Shown here: positions 23,366 to 32,439 of the stretch, in pieces
Numbering within the stretch: position 1 is the first letter of the stretch
How the letters are laid out: every line of letters starts with the position of its first letter
Source of the DNA: an uncultured delta proteobacterium
Lineage (GTDB): Bacteria > Desulfobacterota > Desulfobacteria > Desulfobacterales > JAFDCJ01
Direction of reading: 5' to 3'
Assembly (NCBI GenBank): GCA_963769935.1
Contig: CAVYNY010000020.1
Span: 1-64,000 of the forward strand
DNA length: 64,000 bases
Notes under the pieces: model-generated
The model's input: the letters and a program-made list of their open reading frames with translations, nothing else
The model's database searches: none
Told to the model about the DNA's origin: nothing
Position numbers and translations under genes: made by a program

Positions 23366-26248
23366 CTATCCGCCTGCCGGCGTCGGATTGTCGGCCGGTC
23401 CATTTGACAGCTGCTCAATCAGACGCAGCTTGATATTGTTGGCGGCTTTTTGAGCAGATTCAGCCAGGGGCGATTTGCCCTCGGCCAGCTTCTCCAGAAA
23501 TGATTCAGATTTGGCCGTACCTATATTTCCAAGGGTGTTGACTGCCGACGACAGCACCATGGACTGATCCGATACGGCGGCTTTTTTGAAGCGTTCAAAC
23601 AGACCTTTTTTCTGATTTGATAAGTTGCGGGCAAAGTCTAAAATACTATCTTCCGCTTCGGCATGATTGGGGATATGCGGGATCGTTCCGAGCGCTCTGA
23701 TCAACTGGGCGATTTTGCGATTATGTTTGTCGGCTTCAGCTTTATCATCGGGAGCTTCAGCGGTTATTTGAGCAAGCAGCTTCCTGATTGAATCTTCCGA
23801 AATCAGCGCAAGTTCGCCGAGGCCGTTCATCGCGCGCCAGCGCACTTTATCGTCGACATCCTCCAGGGCGGCGATGACCTGCTTTTCGGTGCCTTCGGCT
23901 TTTTTCCGGATAAGCGCGTTTAAAGCCTCATAACGGACCCGGGGATCTCCATAGTTCAGAAACTTGTGGGCGCGCGCAATATCCTGCTTGTTATCTCCGA
24001 CATATCCCAGCAGCATCAAGGCATTGCGGATTAAATACCATTTTTGTCCGGGAGTGTCCAGCACCCTGAAAATCCAGTCCCGCGCCAGGCCGCCTTTTTT
24101 TATCAAGGCTTCCATGGCTGCTTTTCTCGCAAAACGGTCCTGGCTGTCGGAGAGCGCCTTGCTCAAAATCTCTACGCCCATCATGTCCAGGCGGTTGCAG
24201 ATGTCATTTATCAGCGTGCGTTGCGATGCGTCCACCTTGTCATAGGCTGCCACGATTGCTTCGGTGTGGTCCTTGAAAACAAAAACGAGCGGATTCGCAA
24301 GCCGTCCGGAGGCCGGCTTGAAAAGGTCGGTGGTTGCAACGATTTTATGCATGGCCCGGGTCAGATAAACCACATTCCGCCAGGATGCGGTTTCGGTCAG
24401 AGCCGGCAAAATACGGCGAAAAAGCTTGAGCATGACGGCGGCGTCTTCTTTGGATTTGATGTGCAGAAAGCGGTTGACGTAGCTTTTAATGTGGGCCTGC
24501 ACATCCTTAGTCATTTTATCCGTATTTACAAAATATTGCACGTCAGCCGGAAGCTCCTCAAAAGTCAGGACCCGATTCAAATAAAGTTTTTCCAGAAACT
24601 TTTGGGCCCCTTTCACATCTTCCAAAACCAGCCGTTGCGACACCCATTTTAAGATGCGTTTCACCCCGCTGAAGCGCCGCTGCAGGACGGCGTTATCCTG
24701 AAGTTCTGTCTTCACGGTCCGCAGATGATTGAGTTCTTCAAAAATAAACCGGGAGGTAGGCAGCAGGCTCTCAAGGGGCAAAGCTTCGATGATGACCTTT
24801 TCGATGTCTTCGGCTTGGAGGCTTTTGACGTGTTGGGCGATGATATAGCAGTTGACAATAAAGTCTTTGAGAAATTCAGGATGCTTCAACGGCCGTAAAA
24901 TATCCTGGATGATCTGAAGCTTCATGGTCCGCATGGCCTCACCGGATTTGCTCTTGAACATCGGCAAAACCGTCAGATCCTTGGCCAGGCGCTGGATCGC
25001 CATCTCGACGCGCCAGGGAAGATTTAACTCCAGGGCAATTAAATCGTCTTTGAACACGGTCGATATCTGGGTGATGCCGTGCTCAACCAGGGCCTTGGAC
25101 AAGAGCTCGCCGATTTTTTGCCCTGTGCCGGTGTCAGCCTTGGGGTCGCTCATGATGGTCATAAATCTTTCAAAATGATCGAGGGGGATATCCTTTTTGA
25201 CGGCAAAGCTGACAAGGCTTTTGCGGTTGAAATATTCCTGCAGTTTAGGCACGAAAAGTTCCGCCATTCCCGAGCCGACCAGAGTTCTCACATTAACGGG
25301 TTCATCCAGAATGCCGTTGATCAGGATTTCGGAGCCTTCCCGCATCACGCGGTTCGTTATCATTATTTCGCCGGAATCGGCCAGACATCGCTGGAACGCC
25401 TCATACAGACCCTTTTTCGCCTGCCGGGACCCGGGATGATCCGGGGCATAGTAACCGCTGCGCAGCATAGCCCTGGTAAGATCCATGAGAAATTCAGCGG
25501 CAGGCTTTGCCCGGCGGCTCTCTTCCTCGGTGAGGTGATTTTTGGCGGTGGCCGGTGCGGCGGCCAGGTGAGCGGCGGTCTCCTTTTCTCTGGTTGCCTC
25601 CTCTTGTGCGATGGCACCGCGGATCCACATTATGCTCAGCGCACGGTTTTTTTCGCTACCGGATTCCGGGGTGTCACCCGGGGCAATCTCGACCGGGGCA
25701 GGCCCGGCCGCTTGCCCTTCCGCCGGCAGCCGGGCGGCCTGAGTTTGAATCGCAGAAGAAGCCGGCGTGCCATCGGCCGGCGGCATTGAATCGCCGGTCG
25801 GGTGTACCTGGGCCGTGGCGCCAACCGAGCCGGGTGACGGAATCTCAGGCGATTTCAGATTGCTCGCCGGTTTTTCCCGGCCGGCGTTGGATTTTAGGCG
25901 GGCGTAAGAATCCGGCGCTTTCAAGCCCAATAAGTCCCTGTAATCCGCATTGGTGCTCAGGGCATCATTGAGATCTTTGAGGGCGGCGGCCGGGGTTGCG
26001 AGGCCGACGAGCATTCCGCTCGACTTTTGCAGGGGAGCCGCAGTTTGGGCATCGAGGGCCTTTATGACAACGCCCTCCACGGTAACTTCCTGTTCAACTA
26101 CGGGGATAAAAATTTGCAAAGCTACGCTTGTATTTTCAGGCAGAGGGGCTCTGGCGGGAAGAAAAATCCTGCCCTTGCAAAGCTGAGCGTAGTCGCTCAA
26201 AAATCGTTCCAGAGAAACGTAGTTGAGCTTTATTTCTTTTGTCGCCAA
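23366..26248 (-). CDS. HEAT-repeat protein with possible N-terminal PilZ-like domain and Pro/Ala linker
   Basis: 960-aa ORF; C-terminal HEAT motifs (WYLIRNA, DPRVRYEAL, DDKVRWRA); N-terminal GRIFLP...V-VEGVV...GM-V. Confidence 0.7.
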   Translation of the reverse strand: MATKEIKLNYVSLERFLSDYAQLCKGRIFLPARAPLPENTSVALQIFIPVVEQEVTVEGVVIKALDAQTAAPLQKSSGMLVGLATPAAALKDLNDALSTNADYRDLLGLKAPDSYARLKSNAGREKPASNLKSPEIPSPGSVGATAQVHPTGDSMPPADGTPASSAIQTQAARLPAEGQAAGPAPVEIAPGDTPESGSEKNRALSIMWIRGAIAQEEATREKETAAHLAAAPATAKNHLTEEESRRAKPAAEFLMDLTRAMLRSGYYAPDHPGSRQAKKGLYEAFQRCLADSGEIMITNRVMREGSEILINGILDEPVNVRTLVGSGMAELFVPKLQEYFNRKSLVSFAVKKDIPLDHFERFMTIMSDPKADTGTGQKIGELLSKALVEHGITQISTVFKDDLIALELNLPWRVEMAIQRLAKDLTVLPMFKSKSGEAMRTMKLQIIQDILRPLKHPEFLKDFIVNCYIIAQHVKSLQAEDIEKVIIEALPLESLLPTSRFIFEELNHLRTVKTELQDNAVLQRRFSGVKRILKWVSQRLVLEDVKGAQKFLEKLYLNRVLTFEELPADVQYFVNTDKMTKDVQAHIKSYVNRFLHIKSKEDAAVMLKLFRRILPALTETASWRNVVYLTRAMHKIVATTDLFKPASGRLANPLVFVFKDHTEAIVAAYDKVDASQRTLINDICNRLDMMGVEILSKALSDSQDRFARKAAMEALIKKGGLARDWIFRVLDTPGQKWYLIRNALMLLGYVGDNKQDIARAHKFLNYGDPRVRYEALNALIRKKAEGTEKQVIAALEDVDDKVRWRAMNGLGELALISEDSIRKLLAQITAEAPDDKAEADKHNRKIAQLIRALGTIPHIPNHAEAEDSILDFARNLSNQKKGLFERFKKAAVSDQSMVLSSAVNTLGNIGTAKSESFLEKLAEGKSPLAESAQKAANNIKLRLIEQLSNGPADNPTPAGG

Positions 26249-26649
26249 AATGACCTCTTCAACACCATCGTTATGTAAGTCATCGCGAATGATGGGATGA
26301 GCATTTCGTCAGGAGTTGCGTCCCGCCCCCCCATCAAAAAGTGCCAAAGCATTTTGTCGGACTGATAAGTCGACGCGCACAAAGAGAACTCAGCTTCTAA
26401 AAGGATGGCCAACAAAAAACCGTATATTTTCTGATAATTATAGTCGACATCGGCCGGAATGTCAATTTAACGGTACGCAGGATACCCTGCCAAGCGAAGG
26501 GATGGCTAAATTGGTGGTTGGTAATATTTCTTTCGAGCCACCCATGTTCAGATTAAATAGGTTGACTTAAAAGGAAATTTTGATAGGAATGTATCAGCTA
26601 AATGCCCTTACCAAATATATGAGGTTTGGCATGCTTAAAAAATCGACGA

Positions 26650-26686
26650 CCCCTCTTTTCTTAAACTGAAAAGCGGGGTTTTTTAA
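26650..26686 (+). terminator. Hairpin with T-tail at the left edge of the AT-rich island
   Basis: ACCCCTCTTTTC...GAAAAGCGGGGT followed by TTTTT. Confidence 0.5.
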
Positions 26687-26781
26687 TTTGGGTATATAGA
26701 AGTAAATAAACTGCAGCTTTGAGTTTTTCCGGCAGGCTTGCATCGCAAATGAATATCGGCAACAGGGAGGTGATTTGAATT

Positions 26782-27450
26782 ATGGCAAAGAAAAAAATAT
26801 TTTTAGCATCTTCATCCGAATTGAAAGATGACAGAGTCGCGTTCGAACTTTACATTAATCGAAAAAACAAGGAGTGGCATGATAAAGGTATTTTTCTTGA
26901 ACTGATATCTTGGGAAGATTTTTTAGATGCCATGTCGCAGGAACGGTTGCAGGATGAATACAACAAAGCCATCCGTGAATGCGATATATTCGTGATGCTT
27001 TTTTTTACCAAAGTCGGAAAATATACGAATGAAGAGTTTGAAACTGCATTCGGACAGTTCAAAAAAACCAATAAACCGTTTATTTATACGTATTTTAAGG
27101 ATGCTGCCATAACTACCGGCAGTGCGAATCGGAAAGACTTGATGAGTTTGTATGCGTTTCAAGACAAATTAGACCGCTTAGGCCATTTTTATACTGTTTA
27201 TAAAAACATTGACGATCTGAAATACCAATTTGAACGCCAATTGGATAAATTGGCCGATGGCGGCTTTATTCAATTTGAACCGGAAAAAGATCAGGATGGG
27301 CAGAAACCGACCGCCACTACCAAAATCGGCCGTACCGTCCGCGATTCCGAGGTGGAATCTCTCTCAGAGGGCGGCAATTCTCGAACTGAGGTGGGCCAAG
27401 ACGTAATAGGGTCAAAAATAACGACAAAATCTACGATGAAGGCGAAATGA
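26782..27450 (+). CDS. TIR-like (DUF4062-type) effector domain with two C-terminal pseudo-repeats
   Basis: KIFLASSSELKDDR...W-ED...LQDEYNKAIRECDIFVMLFFTKVGKYTNEEF; GGGAGGTG RBS; tail TKIGRTVRDSEVES / TEVGQDVIGSKITT. Confidence 0.75.
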   Translation: MAKKKIFLASSSELKDDRVAFELYINRKNKEWHDKGIFLELISWEDFLDAMSQERLQDEYNKAIRECDIFVMLFFTKVGKYTNEEFETAFGQFKKTNKPFIYTYFKDAAITTGSANRKDLMSLYAFQDKLDRLGHFYTVYKNIDDLKYQFERQLDKLADGGFIQFEPEKDQDGQKPTATTKIGRTVRDSEVESLSEGGNSRTEVGQDVIGSKITTKSTMKAK

Positions 27451-28304
27451 GTCTCATGTCGACCAATGAACCCATTCCGGTAAGTGAAATCGTCAATTTT
27501 GATGAAATGCTAAATAAATTCAAGAAGATGATATCCGGCCCCAATTCCAAAAAAATTATGATCATCGTTGCGCGGGACGGGCGTGGCAAGACGAGTTTAT
27601 TGCGTAAAATGCAACATCACTGTCAGTCCCTGGAAGTGCCCAGCTGCCTGATAGATCTCTCCCAAACTTATAATTTCCCCCATCTGGAATTGGCCAGAGA
27701 AATTTGCGAACGACTACAGTTGCCAATGACGGCTTTAACGGAAGCCTTCAGCCCAATCAGTGCTCCTGCTGGAAAATCAGGAGTTAAAATGGAAGCATCC
27801 ACTAAAATAGGCGGCAATGTCATTGATTCAACGATTGAAACCAAAAACATTCTCCAAATCGTCCTGAACAACGAGGCCCTTCATAGCGAAGATATTAAAA
27901 GGCGGCTCAGCCGCAGCCTCGCCTCTGATATCACATCGGGTAAAAAAATGATGGTATGTCTTTTTGACACTTTTGATACCGGAACCAGAGTAGTTACGGA
28001 TTGGTTAATAGAGGCCCTTTTGCGTCCTATTCGAGAGCGGGGGATAGATAACCTGATTGTAATTATTGCCGGAAGTGCGTGGCCCCAAAAAATAAGTGAT
28101 GTGGATTGGGAAGCCCATGCAGAATTCATAGAAGGAATGCCATTGATGTCAAAGAATCATCTATTGGAGTTTGCAGAGAGAATCGGATGTGAGTTGTCAC
28201 AAGAAGAACTTGAAACATGCTGGTTGGGCTGCGGAAAAGGCAGGCCGCTGTTAATGAATATGTTCATCAAAACTTTATGCAGTGAGAAAAGATCAAGTGG
28301 TTGA
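27447..28304 (+). CDS. STAND/AAA-like P-loop ATPase
   Basis: Walker A ARDGRGKT, Walker B MVCLFDTFD, sensor LIVIIAGS, C-terminal GxP (GRPL); ATGA overlap with the upstream stop. Confidence 0.75.
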   Translation: MSLMSTNEPIPVSEIVNFDEMLNKFKKMISGPNSKKIMIIVARDGRGKTSLLRKMQHHCQSLEVPSCLIDLSQTYNFPHLELAREICERLQLPMTALTEAFSPISAPAGKSGVKMEASTKIGGNVIDSTIETKNILQIVLNNEALHSEDIKRRLSRSLASDITSGKKMMVCLFDTFDTGTRVVTDWLIEALLRPIRERGIDNLIVIIAGSAWPQKISDVDWEAHAEFIEGMPLMSKNHLLEFAERIGCELSQEELETCWLGCGKGRPLLMNMFIKTLCSEKRSSG

Positions 28305-29727
28305 AAAATTAAAAGATTCAACACCGAATATGGATGACGAAGAACTTTTGGCTGCAATTTTAAATCAGATTATGGATATGGCGGGACAAGATGTTGCAGC
28401 AGCGATTAATTTTTGTGCCGTACCGCATTGGTTCAATGAAAAAATACTTTCATGGTTGCGGGATGAACCTGAAATTTCAAATCGGACACGTTCAATTCTT
28501 GCTCAATTAAATGAATTAGGTTTGGCAATGCGGTACAAACCCAAGAATTGGATGTTTCACAAAATGACACGCGATTTTTTATTGAAAAAATGGTGCCGGA
28601 TAAATCCGGTTGGCTTTAAACAGTTGAATCTAAGGATGGCCGAACTTTTTCAAAATAGTGCCGCAAATAGGTTTGAATTTATCTATCATCTATTGGCCGG
28701 GGGCGACCCAAAGGGCTTTGAACTGTTGGTAAAAGACGTCGCGCAGTCCAATCGGCTTTATTATTTCAGCACCGCGGAAAGACTGCTTGGTTTGGCAAAA
28801 GAACCATGTATCAGGCTATTAAGATCGCAACAGAATCAATTACAGTATTATGATGCAGAGCTGGCGGCGATATCAGGCTATTGGGATGAAGCCCTGCCAA
28901 CACTCAGGCTGCTGAAGCAGAGAAAATTGCCGGAAGATCTTCTGGCAAAAGTTTTTCTTCGCTTGGGGACTGTTTATAACCGAAGAGGACAATGGACCCA
29001 TGCAATTAATAGTTACCGGAAGTGTCTGGATCTTGGGGATAATGTTGAACCGAGCGACAGGGCTTGGGCTTACAGTGGACTGGGACTTATCTATGGCTGG
29101 CAGGGAGAATGGGGGCAGGCTGAAAAATGCCATAATTTCGCGATGCGTGTCGCCGAACAATCAAACGACCAGCTTTGGTTGAGCCGAGCCGTCAATAATC
29201 TCGGTGAAATATTTCAACAAACCGGGCAGCTGGAAAAGGCAAAAGACCATTATCAAGAATCCATCCGCATGAAAAAGGTCTTGGGCGATCGTTTTGGGCT
29301 CTTATGGACCTATAATAATTTAGGCTCCTTATACCTTAAACTTGGTGAACGGTCCAGGGCCTCAAAAGTGCTGAATAGAAGCCTAAACTTGGCACGCAAA
29401 CTAAAGAGCCCTGAAGAAGAAGCGCGAGCCTTGGAGTTTCTGGGAGCGCTTCAAACGCTAAAGGGGAATTTTAAGCGGGCGAATGACTACTACTTGGAAG
29501 CTTTAAAAATATGCGAGAAAGTCAATGAACCGCACATAAAGGCTGATATCCAGTCAAAAATGGGCATCTCATATGAACAGGAAGGAAGGATCAAAGACGC
29601 AATAGCTGCTCTTGCGGAAGCGCTGGCAATTTATAAGAAACTGAAGAGCCTCCAAGCCGTTGAGACTGTAAAAAAAATAAATGAATTAAAGAAGTCGGCG
29701 AGCAAAGCGTCTAAGTCAAATGGTTGA
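28282..29727 (+). CDS. Winged-helix plus tetratricopeptide-repeat protein (STAND sensor part)
   Basis: CAVPHWFNEKIL...WMFHKMTRDFL followed by ~40-aa TPRs (AVNNLGEIFQQTGQLEKAKDHYQES, TYNNLGSLYLKLGE). Confidence 0.85.
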   Translation: MRKDQVVEKLKDSTPNMDDEELLAAILNQIMDMAGQDVAAAINFCAVPHWFNEKILSWLRDEPEISNRTRSILAQLNELGLAMRYKPKNWMFHKMTRDFLLKKWCRINPVGFKQLNLRMAELFQNSAANRFEFIYHLLAGGDPKGFELLVKDVAQSNRLYYFSTAERLLGLAKEPCIRLLRSQQNQLQYYDAELAAISGYWDEALPTLRLLKQRKLPEDLLAKVFLRLGTVYNRRGQWTHAINSYRKCLDLGDNVEPSDRAWAYSGLGLIYGWQGEWGQAEKCHNFAMRVAEQSNDQLWLSRAVNNLGEIFQQTGQLEKAKDHYQESIRMKKVLGDRFGLLWTYNNLGSLYLKLGERSRASKVLNRSLNLARKLKSPEEEARALEFLGALQTLKGNFKRANDYYLEALKICEKVNEPHIKADIQSKMGISYEQEGRIKDAIAALAEALAIYKKLKSLQAVETVKKINELKKSASKASKSNG

Positions 29728-29733
29728 AACCGC

Positions 29734-30960
29734 TTATCTTAATATTATCAGACCCCGATTATGAAGTTGCGCCACTAAATCGATGCCATCCTGCCCGAAG
29801 AGTTTATATATTTCATGCATTTTCGTATCCCCGGTGCACATATCCAATATAGCCTTTGCTTCCCCGCTGACAGGGACGACCTGGCTGTTTTGAATCAGAA
29901 TATAGCCGAAGGGTTCGGGTCTCATTTGAAAGCATTTAACAGGGCGGGCCTCTTTCGGAAGATTAATCTTTTTTCTCTTATCGTGGAGATCGATGGGGAG
30001 CGGATCACGGATGAGAGGGTCTTGCGGCAGTTCGTTTATCATCGCCGCCGCGCGGCAACCTCCATGGCAGCTTGTGTAGACTGAACATCGATCGCAGAAA
30101 GACGGTATAAAACGTCTCCACTTCTGCATTCCCTCGCTGTGCCAGATGACTTGCAGCGAACTGTCCAGCAAGTTTCCGCAATTTGCAGCAGACATGACGC
30201 AGGGACGGACGTTGCCCCAGGGGTCGATCGTCAGGGTTATCGTCCCGGCCAGGCATCCATTGAATAACGTTGAATTATGGAAGCACTTTGGTATGCAGAC
30301 GCTGCTGAAAATGGGAATATCTGAGTCCCTCATCTGATTTGTGATGGCTTGAATAGCGGATATCAGCTGAGGATTGGAGGGGTTTAGCTGATTTTCTTTC
30401 AAGCAGACAAATCTGCTGAAAGTAATGCCTTGCGAACCTAATTTTCGATTGATTCGCACCATCTCCTCTATGCGATCAAAGTTTAACGATGTGATGATAC
30501 AATTGATAAATACGCGAAGATGATGATCCGCCGCGAAACGAATATTTTTGCAAGTCTCTATGAATGAACCCGGTATTCCTGTAAAGCCATCATGGCTTTG
30601 AGCATCCGGGCCATGTAAAGATACCAGGATTTCGGAAAATCCTGAGAAAGCACCGAGCGTACCGACAATTTGCTTCTTGCTAGGCCATCTTGCGTTGGTG
30701 AATAGTGAAAAAGAAAATTCGAGTTTGTTTATCAGGGTAAGTAATTCGGTGAAATTCGGACTGAGTGTCGGCTCCCCTCCTGTTAGATTCAGATGAACAA
30801 CAGCGGGCTTGAGCTTGGATAATATGGTCTGCCAGACATCAATATTGATAATGGTTTGATTATCGTCAACTGCGAATACAGTGCCGCATCCGCTGCAATT
30901 ATTGTTGCAACTAGAGGTGACTTCCAGGTACGCGAAAACAGGTGAGGATGGAATTATCAA
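29734..30960 (-). CDS. Radical SAM/SPASM peptide maturase with C-terminal PqqD/RRE-like domain
   Basis: CNNNCSGC, TGGEP, VSLHG, SPASM cysteines GCLAG...IDPWGNVRPC...CDRCSVYTSCHGGCRA; ~70-aa tail MRPEPFGYILI...AKAILDMCTG...LVAQLHNRGLI; TTG start. Confidence 0.9.
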   Translation of the reverse strand: MIIPSSPVFAYLEVTSSCNNNCSGCGTVFAVDDNQTIINIDVWQTILSKLKPAVVHLNLTGGEPTLSPNFTELLTLINKLEFSFSLFTNARWPSKKQIVGTLGAFSGFSEILVSLHGPDAQSHDGFTGIPGSFIETCKNIRFAADHHLRVFINCIITSLNFDRIEEMVRINRKLGSQGITFSRFVCLKENQLNPSNPQLISAIQAITNQMRDSDIPIFSSVCIPKCFHNSTLFNGCLAGTITLTIDPWGNVRPCVMSAANCGNLLDSSLQVIWHSEGMQKWRRFIPSFCDRCSVYTSCHGGCRAAAMINELPQDPLIRDPLPIDLHDKRKKINLPKEARPVKCFQMRPEPFGYILIQNSQVVPVSGEAKAILDMCTGDTKMHEIYKLFGQDGIDLVAQLHNRGLIILR

Positions 30961-31005
30961 CTTTTTACTAGCATCTAACTAAAGGGCTGGCTTGGATGAC
31001 ACTAA

Positions 31006-31161
31006 GGGCTCACTCAAAAATAACTTCACATTTTATACGCCGATGCATCTCATGCGGCTGCGTTGCGAAAGCTCGGAATATCCAGATATTCCTGCGTTTT
31101 CGCGCCTTGCCGCAAGAGCGCCTCAACGCTTAAAACTGTGAATTAATTTTTTCGTGAACCC
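31006..31161 (-). mobile_element. 156-bp MITE-like element, copy 1
   Basis: Imperfect terminal inverted repeats GGGCTCACTCAAAAATAACTTCACA / TGTGAATTAATTTTTTCGTGAACCC, flanked by TAA on both sides; internal palindrome GGAATATC-CA-GATATTCC; closely similar inverted copy at 36461-36616. Confidence 0.85.
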
Positions 31162-31397
31162 TAAGGAATTGGCGCCGGGCACTGAGCATTTGGGTTTGGG
31201 CACTGGACACTCGGTGTCGGGCACTGAGCCAATCGCCGGGCTTCGGGGTTGGGGCATTGAGAAAAATACACTTGACCGCTGAGATTTTTCTGTTGCCCTT
31301 CTCCAATAGTACCAGGAGTCAGCTCACAATGAAAATTAACTCCTTGCGATGGGTAAAAATCAAGCAAATAGTTTCGTCTTTTATCACGCGCTTTCAT
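31161..31397 (-). CDS. Putative RiPP precursor peptide with four QCPxP repeats
   Basis: GAGGGGG RBS; core QCPNP-EARRLA-QCPTP-SV-QCPNP-NA-QCPAP-IP*; synonymous Pro/Gln codons differ between repeats; directly upstream of and co-oriented with the rSAM gene. Confidence 0.8.
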   Translation of the reverse strand: MKARDKRRNYLLDFYPSQGVNFHCELTPGTIGEGQQKNLSGQVYFSQCPNPEARRLAQCPTPSVQCPNPNAQCPAPIP

Positions 31398-31595
31398 TTT
31401 TCCCCCTCTAGTTTTAAGTCACCTGGAAAAGACAGTTAAATATTTCTGCTAGCACAGTGTCAGAAAATGCCAAATAGGTCAATAATTTTTATGGACCCAT
31501 CCAACACCTCATTTTAAAATAAATAGGATTTTTAAAAACCTAGATTCCGAGAATATTTCGAATTGCTTGTATTGCCTTTTTCCCGACAACCTACT

Positions 31596-31818
31596 AAAAG
31601 GGATTGAAGCGCGGTTTGTTATCGACGGCAACATCTGGACAGGCGCAGGTGTTTCGGCGGGAATCGATCTGGCCCTGGCATTTATCAAGCACGAAGCCGG
31701 TGAGAAAGCTACCGGCAAGGTTCAGTCTTTGGTCGAATATTATCCGGCCGGCAAACGATACGGTAAATTTCATCAGGATTCCAAGGCACCGGGCTATTTA
31801 CAAAGGAGTACTTTATGA
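31596..31818 (+). pseudogene. 5'-truncated DJ-1/PfpI-family gene
   Basis: Only the C-terminal part, RFVIDGNIWTGAGVSAGIDLAL...VEYYP, is present; no N-terminal half upstream. Confidence 0.7.
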
Positions 31819-32360
31819 AAACAGGACTAATTCTGGTTGACATTCAAAACGACTATTTTTCAGGCGGGCGTATGGAGTTGGCCGGCATGCAGGAAGCCGG
31901 CCTGAGGGCGCGGGAGTTGTTGTCTCATTTTCGTGAAAACACCTGGCCGACATTTCACATTCAGCACATTTCCGTTCGGAAAGGCGCATCATTTTTTATT
32001 CCCGATACCGAAGGGATCAAATTTCACGAATGCATCAAGCCCCTGGCCGGGGAACTCGTTATCCAAAAAAATTACCCCAACAGCTTCAGGGAAACTTCCC
32101 TTTTGCAGGAACTTGAAAGACATGCTGTAAAAAGTTTGGTCATCTGCGGTGCCATGAGCCACATGTGCATTGATGCAACCACCCGCGCAGCTTTTGACCA
32201 CCGTTTTGAGTGCACGGTGATTCAGGATGCATGTGCCACCCGGGATCTTGAATTCGGCGGGAAAAAAATTGCCGCCGACGATGTTCACGGCTCCTTTATG
32301 GCCGCTTTGGGATCGGCCTATGCGAAGGTTTTAAGTTTAGATGAATTCAAGCAAAAATAG
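31815..32360 (+). CDS. Cysteine hydrolase (isochorismatase family)
   Basis: LILVDIQNDYF, KNYPNSF, GAMSHMCIDAT. Confidence 0.92.
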   Translation: MKTGLILVDIQNDYFSGGRMELAGMQEAGLRARELLSHFRENTWPTFHIQHISVRKGASFFIPDTEGIKFHECIKPLAGELVIQKNYPNSFRETSLLQELERHAVKSLVICGAMSHMCIDATTRAAFDHRFECTVIQDACATRDLEFGGKKIAADDVHGSFMAALGSAYAKVLSLDEFKQK

Positions 32361-32439
32361 AATCGGAAACCGTGAAAAAATCCAAATCATCCTGTCAGAT
32401 AAAAACAACTTAAAAAAGAATCCATTCCTTTTCGCTCCC

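Noticed and set aside
21220..25789. Long antisense ORFs (e.g. 21220-22191, 24044-24652, 25079-25789) and similar ones elsewhere
   Set aside because: They are shadows of well-supported genes on the opposite strand, with no recognisable motifs.
31006..31161. MITE truncating a longer precursor peptide
   Set aside because: Removing the element and one TTA copy still gives CCT TAG, so the stop codon is native.
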